Positions 50,925-59,641 of a DNA stretch of 64,000 nucleotides are shown here, piece after piece (position 1 is the stretch's first letter; each line of letters starts with the position of its first letter). The position numbers and the translations under genes were made by a program. The stretch is from a bacterium (GTDB lineage: Bacteria > Desulfobacterota > DSWW01). The stretch lies in contig JBFLZG010000002.1 of assembly GCA_040756235.1 (NCBI GenBank), positions 1 to 64,000 of the forward strand. The letters run 5' to 3'. Below the pieces are notes generated by a model that saw only the letters and a program-made list of their open reading frames with translations, was not told the DNA's origin and made no database searches.

Positions 50925-52319
50925 ATGATGAGAAAGACAGGGTTGGCTTGGATCTGGGTTCTGGGAGTGCTGCTCGCCTTTGTGCCCAGAGGCGCACTGC
51001 ACGCAGAGGTGGCCATTCAGGAGCTGCCCACGGTCCTGGACGGTTTCTTCATCGGTGCGGACATCAATCTATTCTGGAGGTGGGACCATTACCCGTACAT
51101 GGGGAAGAGCTGGTTCCCCGCCATACAGAAGGACAACAACTGGGGCGAGATCTTCAGCAGGATTCGTTTCAAGGCCAAGAAGAACTTCGACTGGGCCGAA
51201 ACGGAAGTGCAGATTGCCCCGACCTTCACGGCCACCATCGACCAGGATGTCTATGGCGTCTGGAAGGACGACACCGATGTGGACTTCAATCAGGCCTACA
51301 TCAAGTTCGGCCAGCTTTTCGGCAGCCCCTTGACGGTCACGGTCGGCATGCAGGACATCCAGCTGGAGAAGCAGATGCTGATCGGGCTCGGCAGAACCCA
51401 GGACGTCTCCTGGTGGCTGCTGTTCAACCAGAGCTTCCCCTTCGGCGTGCGGGTGGACGGCGACTGGGGTGCTGTGAAGACCACGTCCTTCTGGGCGAGG
51501 TCGGGAACCTACTTTGCTCAGACTTTTGAGGGCAAAGAAGACGTCGAGGTTGCCGGACTCAACGTGCATTGGGACATCCTCGAGAACGCCTATCTCTATG
51601 GCGGCTTCTTCAACAAGATGGACGACACGTCGCCAGGAGCAACAGGGTTCCTCGGGCAGAGCCTGGCACAGACGGATACCCGCGCCATCGACTTCGGCGG
51701 CGACTGGACCTTCGGGCCGTTCAACATCGAAGCGGAAGCGGTCTACGAGTTCGGCGGCGTCGAGTTTGTAGCAGGCGACGACCTGGACAGGAAGTCCTTT
51801 GGCTTCTTCGTATCTCCCAAGTTCACCCTGCCGATCACCTTTTCGCCCTACATCAAGCTGCATTATATCTTCTGGCCGGGCGACGAGAACTTCGGCGATG
51901 ACGACATCGAGGAATACGACCCGATGTTCGAGGGCTGGACGGTGTGGAACCGCTGGTTCATCGGCGAGCACATGACCGAGGTGTTCGGGCTAAAGACAAA
52001 CACCATCAAGTACATCGGCGAGGTCGGCTTCTACCCGGTCGAGACTTGCCAGGTCCAGGCCATGTACATCCGGCATCAGCTCGACGAGGACTACTATCCG
52101 AACGGCGCCCTCAATCCACTGACCGACGGTGCGGGTAACGTCCTTGAGGTGTCGGAAGACTTCGCGGACGAGATCAACATCTTCATGAACTGGCAGGCCA
52201 CGGATTTCCTGTTCGTCCACTCGGGTATCGGATGCGGCATTCCCAACGACGGAGCACAGGAAATCTTCGGGAACAAGACCGCGGTCTTTGCCCAGCTTTG
52301 GCTGATGTTTGCTTTCTAG
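50925..52319 (+). CDS. putative outer membrane beta-barrel channel (alginate-export/porin-like)
   Basis: Signal peptide, amphipathic aromatic-rich beta strands, NQAYIK and TVGMQDI motifs, C-terminal Phe (LWLMFAF); GGAGG RBS. Confidence 0.65.
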   Translation: MMRKTGLAWIWVLGVLLAFVPRGALHAEVAIQELPTVLDGFFIGADINLFWRWDHYPYMGKSWFPAIQKDNNWGEIFSRIRFKAKKNFDWAETEVQIAPTFTATIDQDVYGVWKDDTDVDFNQAYIKFGQLFGSPLTVTVGMQDIQLEKQMLIGLGRTQDVSWWLLFNQSFPFGVRVDGDWGAVKTTSFWARSGTYFAQTFEGKEDVEVAGLNVHWDILENAYLYGGFFNKMDDTSPGATGFLGQSLAQTDTRAIDFGGDWTFGPFNIEAEAVYEFGGVEFVAGDDLDRKSFGFFVSPKFTLPITFSPYIKLHYIFWPGDENFGDDDIEEYDPMFEGWTVWNRWFIGEHMTEVFGLKTNTIKYIGEVGFYPVETCQVQAMYIRHQLDEDYYPNGALNPLTDGAGNVLEVSEDFADEINIFMNWQATDFLFVHSGIGCGIPNDGAQEIFGNKTAVFAQLWLMFAF

Positions 52320-52359
52320 AGCCTTCGGGCACTTAACCACCTAGACGGGAGGGACATTC

Positions 52360-53991
52360 ATGCGAGGATGGAAGGGGATTTGTCTGGCGTTCATCGGCTT
52401 ACTCGGATTCATCGCGATGGAGGCGTCCTCTTATGCAAAGACGCCCTTCACAGAGGGGGGGGTGGTACGGCAGAAGTGCTCGGTCTGCCACCGACTGGAC
52501 CAGCAGGGCAAGGTGGAGGTGATCGAGGAGACGCGCAAGACTCCGGAGGAGTGGTTCAACGTCATCAGCCGCATGATCCGGCTCAACGGTGCGCCGATCG
52601 GCGACCCCGAGATCAAGCCGGCCGTCAAGGAGCTCAGCCAGCACCTGATCTTGACGCCCGCGGAGATGGCCATGGTGGCCTACTACAACAGCGACGAGAA
52701 CAGCCACTTCCGCGAGAGAAGCTCTCTCATGAAGAGCGACTTCGAGAAGCGTGTGTTCCAGGCGTGCGTGCGCTGCCATGCCTACGGCAAGATCCTCTCG
52801 CACCGCCACACCGCGGCGAACTGGAAAGAGATCATGAACATGCACCTGGGCTACTATCCGACTGTGGTGCCCCAGATGCGCGAGATGGATTGGCCGAAGG
52901 AGGCCATGGACCTGGCCCCGGTCCTGGCAGAGACGTTCCCCAAGGACAGCCCGGAATTCAATACCTGGGTCGGAGCGCGCAAAGCCCAGGACCTGGCGGG
53001 CAAGTGGAAGATCGCCGGCTACCAGCCCGGGATCGGCTATTACGAGGGAACCTACACGTTCAAAGCCGACCCCAAGGCGGAGGACGAGTATCAGATCACG
53101 CGCGAAGTGCAGTACGAGAACGGTACGAGCCTGAAACAGGTGGGCACGGGTACGCTGTACGGCGAATATCATCTGCGCTACGGTCTGGTGCCCACCCAGC
53201 TCACGGGCCAGGTGGAAGGCGTGTTCGACCTGGATGCGGACGCCAAGGGCTTCAAGGGGAAGTGGTGGACCGTCGTTCAGGATACGAACGCTTTCGGCAG
53301 CGAGGTCTTCTTCAAGGCTGATGCGCCCGCCAGAGTCATCGCCGTCTTTCCGCAGGCGGTGAAGTCCGGCGGCGCGGCCCAGTCCGTGCGCATGATCGGC
53401 GTCAACCTGCCGGCCACGGTTGCGGCCGCGGACGTCACGTTCGGGGACCCCAACGTGAAGGCCAAGAGCGTGAAGCGAGCGGATGCCACGAAGCTCGTGG
53501 TCGAGGTGACGGCGGCACAGGGCGCGGCGGTCGGGCCCTGCAAGGTCCAGGTGAAGGGGGCGGCCAGCGCCGTGAACCTCGTCGTGTTCGACAAGCTGGA
53601 CGGCATCCGGGTGTTCCCTGCCCTGGGTCGGGCGCGGAATACTTGCGGCTCCGCCTATCCGCCGGAGGGCGTGCAGTTCGAGGCGCGCGGCGTGAACTTC
53701 GGCAAGGACGGCAAGGCCGAGACCGAAGACGACCTGATCCTGGAGCCGGTAGCCGCGCAGTGGGCGCTCGAAGAAGAGAAGACGGCGGACTGGGATGACG
53801 ACATCAAGTATTTGGCAGCGCCCATCGACAACGGGCTTTACACTCCGCAGGGGACCTTCGCACCGATCGAGAGCCGGCGCCAGAGAATGGCAGCGGTCGG
53901 CCTGATCGCCGTGACCGCCTCTTACCAGGACTTCAAGGGCCGGGCCCTGTTGGGTGTGACGGATGCCGACTTCGTCACGCATATCAAATAG
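52360..53991 (+). CDS. qhpA: quinohemoprotein amine dehydrogenase alpha subunit (diheme c)
   Basis: Signal peptide; CSVCH and CVRCH heme motifs; RKTPEEW...RM (axial Met) and MHLGYYP (axial His) as in QhpA; VQFEA.G...G.DG...T.DD and W(D)DDIKY C-terminal motifs. Confidence 0.88.
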   Translation: MRGWKGICLAFIGLLGFIAMEASSYAKTPFTEGGVVRQKCSVCHRLDQQGKVEVIEETRKTPEEWFNVISRMIRLNGAPIGDPEIKPAVKELSQHLILTPAEMAMVAYYNSDENSHFRERSSLMKSDFEKRVFQACVRCHAYGKILSHRHTAANWKEIMNMHLGYYPTVVPQMREMDWPKEAMDLAPVLAETFPKDSPEFNTWVGARKAQDLAGKWKIAGYQPGIGYYEGTYTFKADPKAEDEYQITREVQYENGTSLKQVGTGTLYGEYHLRYGLVPTQLTGQVEGVFDLDADAKGFKGKWWTVVQDTNAFGSEVFFKADAPARVIAVFPQAVKSGGAAQSVRMIGVNLPATVAAADVTFGDPNVKAKSVKRADATKLVVEVTAAQGAAVGPCKVQVKGAASAVNLVVFDKLDGIRVFPALGRARNTCGSAYPPEGVQFEARGVNFGKDGKAETEDDLILEPVAAQWALEEEKTADWDDDIKYLAAPIDNGLYTPQGTFAPIESRRQRMAAVGLIAVTASYQDFKGRALLGVTDADFVTHIK

Positions 53992-54087
53992 TCAGGGACG
54001 AACATCAGAGACCTTTGCCGGATCGCGGCGAGGCCGGAAGAGAGGCTGACCGCGCTCCGGCGGTTGAGGAGACGAGAGGAGGATGCG

Positions 54088-54423
54088 ATGAAGAAGAAAG
54101 GTTTGAAGGCCGTCAACAGACGCGCAAGGAGACTCGAGGAGCGGGAAGTCTTCGGCATGGAAGAGATCAACGTGCTCTGGGACCAGCCGGTCGGCTGCAC
54201 CTCGGTTTTCGACACGGGGTGGGAAACGAACCCCAGGCCCACCGCGCCCATGAGCGCCTGCGTGTCCAATGCCCGGGATTACGGGAGCTGTTCCGGCCCG
54301 TGCTGGTGGCCCGCGCAGACGCCGGACAGCATGACCAATTTCTACGGGCAGCAGAGCCAGTGCCCGGCGGTCGAGAGGGACTGGAGACAGATCAACACCG
54401 CGCTCAAAATAAAGAAATACTAG
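54088..54423 (+). CDS. qhpC: quinohemoprotein amine dehydrogenase gamma subunit precursor (CTQ-bearing, with leader)
   Basis: Leader LKAVNRRA; core VGCTSVFDTGWE...C-x5-D-x3-C-x3-CWWPAQTPD...DW keeps all three Cys-Asp/Glu thioether pairs and the CTQ Cys/Trp of QhpC. Confidence 0.93.
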   Translation: MKKKGLKAVNRRARRLEEREVFGMEEINVLWDQPVGCTSVFDTGWETNPRPTAPMSACVSNARDYGSCSGPCWWPAQTPDSMTNFYGQQSQCPAVERDWRQINTALKIKKY

Positions 54424-54435
54424 AAAGGGACGACC

Positions 54436-55470
54436 ATGCAGAACAGGATCGTGTTTTCGATGGTGGTCGTGCTTGCGGTGCTGGGGCTCTGCATGCCGGC
54501 CACGGCCAAGGACTTCCTGTATGTGCCGGGCGCAAACCATGTGAGCGTCGTCGACTGCACCACCGACACGGTGGTGAAGACCATCGATATCAAAGACTAC
54601 GTGATCGGATGCGCGCCGTCTTTCGACAACAAGCGGTTCTACGTCAACGGCTGGCGCAACATCTACGTCATCGACACGACGACCGACCAGGTCATCGACA
54701 AGCTGACCTTCTGGACGGACTTGAACCGGGTCAACATCTTCGGCAACCCGTCTCCCTCTTTGGACGGGAACAGCCTGTACATGATCTGGATGACGGCGCA
54801 GAAGAAACTCAATGTGCCCCGATTGACAGTTCCGCCCTGGAAGTTCGTCATCTTCGACCTTAAGAAGAAGCAGGTCACCAAGAGCTACGACGTTCCCTTC
54901 AACACCACCGCCATCGTTCCGCTGACCGGAGATCCGGACAACGTCATCCTCATGTCCCAGGACATCCTGAAGATGAACCTCAAGGACGGCAAGATGACGA
55001 AGATCAAGGGGCAGCTCCATCCGGAGGAAGGCCAGCCGATGCTGAACAACCTGATCCTCTGGGTGAACTGGAGCCCCACCGGCGACAGTGGCATCTTCCC
55101 CAGCCCGGCCTACGGCTCGGACGGGTCCCTGACCTACCTCCTCCTCAACCGCAAGGACGGCAGCCTGAAAGAGGTCAAGGGTGAAGAAGTTCCCTTCTAC
55201 TACTCCAACATCCTCTCTCCGGACGGCAAGTTCCTCTACGGCGTGATGGACGAGGTGTACAAGATCGACCTCGCGACCGGGAAGACGATGGCGATGGACA
55301 TCCTCGAGAGAGGGACGACCTACGCCATGGCGATCAGCTCCGACGGGAAGAAGCTCTATCTCGGACCTGCCGGCCCGGACGTCGCGGTCTATGACACGGC
55401 CACCATGAAGCGGATCGGTCTCATCCCGCTCAAGCACGACGGCATCGTGATGAGCCGGCTCAACAAGTAG
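54436..55470 (+). CDS. qhpB: QHNDH beta subunit-like beta-propeller, copy 1
   Basis: Signal peptide; YVTN-type propeller repeats (SPDGK.LY, ISSDGKKLY); ~345 aa; directly after qhpC. Confidence 0.75.
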   Translation: MQNRIVFSMVVVLAVLGLCMPATAKDFLYVPGANHVSVVDCTTDTVVKTIDIKDYVIGCAPSFDNKRFYVNGWRNIYVIDTTTDQVIDKLTFWTDLNRVNIFGNPSPSLDGNSLYMIWMTAQKKLNVPRLTVPPWKFVIFDLKKKQVTKSYDVPFNTTAIVPLTGDPDNVILMSQDILKMNLKDGKMTKIKGQLHPEEGQPMLNNLILWVNWSPTGDSGIFPSPAYGSDGSLTYLLLNRKDGSLKEVKGEEVPFYYSNILSPDGKFLYGVMDEVYKIDLATGKTMAMDILERGTTYAMAISSDGKKLYLGPAGPDVAVYDTATMKRIGLIPLKHDGIVMSRLNK

Positions 55471-55498
55471 TCTTCTGTACAGAGTTGATACGGGACTC

Positions 55499-55532
55499 AA
55501 AAAGGGGGGGGGATTCCCCCCCCTTCTTGTTT
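55499..55532 (+). terminator. Rho-independent terminator after qhpB
   Basis: A-run, poly-G/poly-C hairpin with ATT loop, then TTCTTGTTT. Confidence 0.75.
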
Positions 55533-55550
55533 CTGTGCACCCGGAATGCC

Positions 55551-55580
55551 TTGACATTCCCGAGGGCCGCAGGTTAGCCT
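55551..55580 (+). promoter_or_regulatory. putative internal sigma70 promoter for qhpD and downstream genes
   Basis: TTGACA-18 bp-TAGCCT immediately after the terminator. Confidence 0.5.
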
Positions 55581-55650
55581 GTTTAGACCCAGGCTTCGGG
55601 ACTTTGTACCTCGCCGAACCAAGAATCCGCGACGAGCTCGATTCGACCCC

Positions 55651-57138
55651 ATGGCCAAATTCCGCCTTGCCGAGCACAGACTGATCCGCGTGGACGGAAA
55701 AGAGTACCTCTTCCTCGCGGCGGACAAGGCCATCTTCGAGGTCGAGCCTCCGACCCGGGCGGCGCTGGACGCCTGGTCGCGCAAAGGGGAGTTCCAGGCC
55801 GACGAGCTGATCGGGGCCTTGCCGGGCGGTTCCGCAGACGAAAGGAAGGAGTGCTTCCAGGGCCTGCTCACGTGCCGCGCCATCGTTCCGGCCGGTGAGC
55901 CTTTCCAGGGGAACAGGGGAACGCAGGCGCCACAAGGGTCGTTTCCCGTCAAGAACCTGATCCTGCACGTGACCGAGGCCTGCAACCTGAGCTGCGCATA
56001 TTGCTATGAACAGAAATCGGTCAAGCAGAACGGACGCCCCATGGAGCGCCGGGTGGCGCAGAGGGCGGTCGATTTCCTGTTCGAGCACTGCGGGAATCAT
56101 GAGGAAGTGGTCCTGGTCCTGTTCGGCGGCGAGCCGCTCCTCAACCTGGACGTAATTCGATTCCTGACGGAGTATGCCGCCGGGAAAGGGGGCGAGCAGG
56201 GGAAGAGAGTCAACTTCGCCCTCACGACCAACGGGACCTTGCTCAACGATAAGGTCATCGACTTCCTCCATGAACGAAACATCGGCATCACGGTGAGCCT
56301 GGACGGCGCCGAAGAGGCGCACGACCGCTACCGGAGGTTTCCGGACGGGAGCCCTTCTTATAGAGTGATTCTGCCCAAGGTGAAGCGCCTTATAGAGAAG
56401 GCCACGACGAGGCCGGTGGTGGCCAGGGTGACGCTCGTCAAGGAAGCGGGCGATCTTTCCCGCACGCTCGACCACCTGCTCGGAATCGGCTTCATCGAGG
56501 CGGGATTCGCGCCCGTGACCACCGGCCACCCGGATTACCAGCTGGACGGCCGCCAGATGGATCTGCTGCTGGAGCAGTTCCGCCACCTGTCCGGACGTTT
56601 GCTGCAGGCCGTTCGCGAACGCAGCTTCTTCGGTTTTTCCAATTTGATCGACCTGCTGGTCTCCCTGCACCAGGGAGAGGTCATGCGATACCCGTGCGGA
56701 GCAGGGCTCGGGCTCTTCTCGGTGGACGCTGACGGCCGTCTCTATCTCTGCCAGCGCTTCACCGGCCAGGAAGCGTTCTGCATGGGCGACATTTTCCAGG
56801 GGTTCGACCTGGAAAAGCTCCAGAAATTCCGCGACGAAGCCCAGATCTGCAACAAAGAGGAGTGCAGGGCCTGCTGGGCCCGGACTCTCTGCACGGGCGG
56901 TTGTTACCATGAAGCCTGCGTGCGCGAAGGGAGCCACCTGAAGCCGAACCGCCATTACTGCGAGTGGATCCGGCGCTGGAGCGAGCTGGGGCTGGAAACG
57001 TATTGCCGCGTCGCGGCGGAGTGGCCCGAGTACTTGGAGCTGCTCTGCAGCTCCAGGGGTTTCGGGCCGCAGCCGGATGCCGACAAGGGGGAAGGGTCCC
57101 GGACCGAGGGACTGGAGAATCGGAACGATCATGGTTGA
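55651..57138 (+). CDS. qhpD: radical SAM/SPASM thioether-forming maturase of QHNDH
   Basis: N-terminal RRE-like region, CNLSCAYC, FGGEPLLN, TTNGT, VSLDG; SPASM YPCGAG...CQRF...CRACWARTLCTGGCYHE...HYC. Confidence 0.9.
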   Translation: MAKFRLAEHRLIRVDGKEYLFLAADKAIFEVEPPTRAALDAWSRKGEFQADELIGALPGGSADERKECFQGLLTCRAIVPAGEPFQGNRGTQAPQGSFPVKNLILHVTEACNLSCAYCYEQKSVKQNGRPMERRVAQRAVDFLFEHCGNHEEVVLVLFGGEPLLNLDVIRFLTEYAAGKGGEQGKRVNFALTTNGTLLNDKVIDFLHERNIGITVSLDGAEEAHDRYRRFPDGSPSYRVILPKVKRLIEKATTRPVVARVTLVKEAGDLSRTLDHLLGIGFIEAGFAPVTTGHPDYQLDGRQMDLLLEQFRHLSGRLLQAVRERSFFGFSNLIDLLVSLHQGEVMRYPCGAGLGLFSVDADGRLYLCQRFTGQEAFCMGDIFQGFDLEKLQKFRDEAQICNKEECRACWARTLCTGGCYHEACVREGSHLKPNRHYCEWIRRWSELGLETYCRVAAEWPEYLELLCSSRGFGPQPDADKGEGSRTEGLENRNDHG

Positions 57139-57156
57139 GGATCATTCACTCAAGAA

Positions 57157-57433
57157 GAGGGTGTCGAAAAACACCCTCGCGAGAGGCTGGTGAGAAATGC
57201 CCAGATGCAAGGCGCGCGACGATTCCGCAGGACCGCGGAATTGGACGCATCATCCGGCAGGATGATGCGCCCGCAGGGCGAGCGCCATGGACGGCGCGAG
57301 TCAAATCCTGAGGAATGAGGCGTATATGGGGGAATCGCAGTGGACCCCGGCCTGCGCCGGGGCAGGCTCCCCACGCCGCCTGCATCTCCATGAGCGCAAC
57401 GCCGCAGATGGGCGTTTATCGACAGCCTCATGA
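57157..57433. repeat. MITE-like repeat family 1, long variant copy G (reverse orientation)
   Basis: GAGGGTGTCGA...TCGACAGCCTC ends; cores CCAGATGCAAGGCGCGCG, AATCCTGAGGAATGAGGCGTA, CGCCGCAGATGGGCGTTT. Confidence 0.8.
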
Positions 57434-57447
57434 ACAGGGGGGTGAGC

Positions 57448-58476
57448 ATGTCCAAGAAGTCACTGGTTTCGGTTGCGCTGACGATGGCGCTGCTCGCGGT
57501 CGCATTGCCGGCTTCGGCCAAGGATTTCCTTTATGTGCCAGGGCCGAATCTTCTGCAGGTCATCGACTGTGATACCGATACGGTGGTGGACACCGTATCC
57601 TACGACGGGTTCATCGTGAACGCCACGCCGTCGCAGGACGGGAAGCGGTATTATATGAACAACTGGCGAACCATCTACGTGGTCGACACGCAGACGAACC
57701 GGCTCATCGACAAGCATGAATTCTGGTCGGACCTGAACCGGGTCTACGTGATGCCCGGAATCGCGGTCTCGCTCGACGGCAACTATCTCTATCTGAGCCT
57801 GGTCGTTGCAAAGAAGAAGCTCAACGTCCCGAGGCTGAACGTGCTGCCGCCCCAGTTCGCGGTCTACGATTTGAAGAAGAAGCAGATCGTCCGGAGCTTC
57901 GACATTCCTCCGTGCTGCAATGCCGTGGTCCCGCTGCGCGACGATCCGGACCACGTGATCCTCATGGCCCAGGACATCTACAAGCTCAACGTGAAAGACG
58001 GCAAGATGACGAAGATCAAGGGCGTGCTCCACCCCGAGGATGGCCAGCCCGGCCTGAACTCCCTCGTGGTCTGGAACAACTGGAGCCCGGGCGATCACGG
58101 CATCTTCGTCAATGGCGTCTATTCGACGGACGGGAACCTCTTCTACATGCTGATCGACAAGAAGGGAAGCCTGAGCCTGCTGAAGGGCGAGGACACGTTG
58201 ATGGTCTACTCGTCGGTCATATCCCCTGACAAGAAGTACGTCTATTCGGCGATGGATGAAGTGTACAAGGTCGATCTCCAGTCCGGTAAGACGTTGGCTT
58301 CGGATCTGATCGAACGCGGCACCTGCTACGCCGTGGCGATCACCGCAGACGGAAAGAAGCTCTACGTCGGGCCCGCCGGCCCGGACATCACCGTTTATGA
58401 CACCTCCACGATGAAGCCGCAGGGGAAGATCGCGCTCAAGACGGACGGATGCGTGACGCACCGCATCTCGAAGTAG
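57448..58476 (+). CDS. qhpB: QHNDH beta subunit-like beta-propeller, copy 2 (paralog)
   Basis: Colinear paralog of 54436-55470 (KDFLYVPG, DLNRV, KKLNVPRL, DGKMTKIKG, MDEVYK, GPAGPD); has its own signal peptide. Confidence 0.75.
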   Translation: MSKKSLVSVALTMALLAVALPASAKDFLYVPGPNLLQVIDCDTDTVVDTVSYDGFIVNATPSQDGKRYYMNNWRTIYVVDTQTNRLIDKHEFWSDLNRVYVMPGIAVSLDGNYLYLSLVVAKKKLNVPRLNVLPPQFAVYDLKKKQIVRSFDIPPCCNAVVPLRDDPDHVILMAQDIYKLNVKDGKMTKIKGVLHPEDGQPGLNSLVVWNNWSPGDHGIFVNGVYSTDGNLFYMLIDKKGSLSLLKGEDTLMVYSSVISPDKKYVYSAMDEVYKVDLQSGKTLASDLIERGTCYAVAITADGKKLYVGPAGPDITVYDTSTMKPQGKIALKTDGCVTHRISK

Positions 58477-58508
58477 CCGGCGCGGCGATTATGACGTCCG
58501 AGGCGACA

Positions 58509-58532
58509 GGGGGGAGAGAATCCCCCCTTTTT
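58509..58532 (+). terminator. Rho-independent terminator after qhpB2
   Basis: GGGGGGA-GAGAA-TCCCCCC-TTTTT. Confidence 0.7.
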
Positions 58533-58556
58533 GTCCGCGGAGAGCACAGAGACGCG

Positions 58557-59435
58557 ATGGAGCTTGCCGTTCACCTGAGAGATCCGTCGGAGCTGACAGC
58601 GCTCGACGGTGTGGCCCAACATTTGACGGGATTGTACGGTGCAGATGGGCCCGAGATCGCGCGCCGGCTGCCCAGACGCACCCGGCGGGTCTACGTGGGC
58701 GACGAGTTCTGCCTGAACCGCCTGCCGAGCCTCCGCGAGCTGAACCGGTTTCTCGAGGAGGCGAAAGCAGGCAAGTGGAAGCTGACGATTTTGACCCCGC
58801 CCTTGACGGACGAAGGGCTGGATACCTGCGCACCGCTCTTCGAACGCCTTGAACGCGGCGACCCCGCGACCGAGGTGGTGGTCAACGACTGGGGCTTGCT
58901 CGTATACCTCAAGACACGCTATCCTGATTTCCGGCTGGCAGCGGGAAGGCTGCTCAACAAGGGGTTCAAGGACCCCAGACTGCCGGAGCCGAACAAGTTC
59001 TCTCAGCTCTCCCGGGAAGCAGAGGACCTGCTGAAGGGGTGCACGTTCGACTCTGCCGACTTCCAGGAAAAGATGCTTCAGATGCAGGTCGAGCGCCTGG
59101 AGAGAGACCTCTTCCCCTACGGCGAACCGCGCGTGAAGGGGCTCGAGAGCTTTGGAGTTTCTGTCTATCTCCCGTTCGGATACGTGACTTCGGGCCGGGT
59201 TTGCTGGCTCTCCTCTTTTCATTCTTCGGGAAAGAGCAAGTTTTCCCTCGGCAAGCCGTGTGACCGCCTCTGCAGCCGCTTGTCGCTCGACCTGAGCCGC
59301 CCGGAGTGGAAGCTGCGCGTCTTTCAGTCAGGTAACGGGATCTTCTATCTTTACCCGGCTTCCCTGCTCGGCTCCTTTCTCGAGTGGGCGCAGCGCAGGA
59401 AGCTCCGCCTTGTCTACCAAGGACTGGCCGTCTAG
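58557..59435 (+). CDS. U32-family Fe-S protein, UbiV-like
   Basis: VYVGDEFC (cf. UbiV IYLGExVC), VVVNDWG, GRLLNK, SGRVC...CDRLC give a UbiV-type 4-Cys arrangement. Confidence 0.7.
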   Translation: MELAVHLRDPSELTALDGVAQHLTGLYGADGPEIARRLPRRTRRVYVGDEFCLNRLPSLRELNRFLEEAKAGKWKLTILTPPLTDEGLDTCAPLFERLERGDPATEVVVNDWGLLVYLKTRYPDFRLAAGRLLNKGFKDPRLPEPNKFSQLSREAEDLLKGCTFDSADFQEKMLQMQVERLERDLFPYGEPRVKGLESFGVSVYLPFGYVTSGRVCWLSSFHSSGKSKFSLGKPCDRLCSRLSLDLSRPEWKLRVFQSGNGIFYLYPASLLGSFLEWAQRRKLRLVYQGLAV

Positions 59436-59638
59436 GAGGCTGTCCATAAATGCCCATCTGCGGCGCTCGTTGCGAGCGAAGCGAAGCAATCCCCCGGCAC
59501 AGTACCGCTGCGGCCACCGGTCACAGGGGGTTTCCTCGTCGCTTCAGCTCCTCGGAACAGGCCTCGGGATTTCGTGCGCCTTGCATCTGGGCATTTCTGA
59601 ACAGCCTCCAGGAGCCGAATTCTTGGACAGGCTCCTAG
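59432..59638. mobile_element. MITE-like repeat family 1, copy H with clean CTAG target duplication
   Basis: CTAG-GAGGCTGTCCA...TGGACAGGCTC-CTAG; non-coding; inserted between the two U32 genes. Confidence 0.8.
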
Positions 59639-59641
59639 ATC

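Noticed and set aside
54436..58476. Beta-propellers as methylamine dehydrogenase heavy chains or nitrite reductase cd1
   Set aside because: No TTQ light chain, MauG or heme motif; the qhpA/C/D context favours QHNDH beta subunits.
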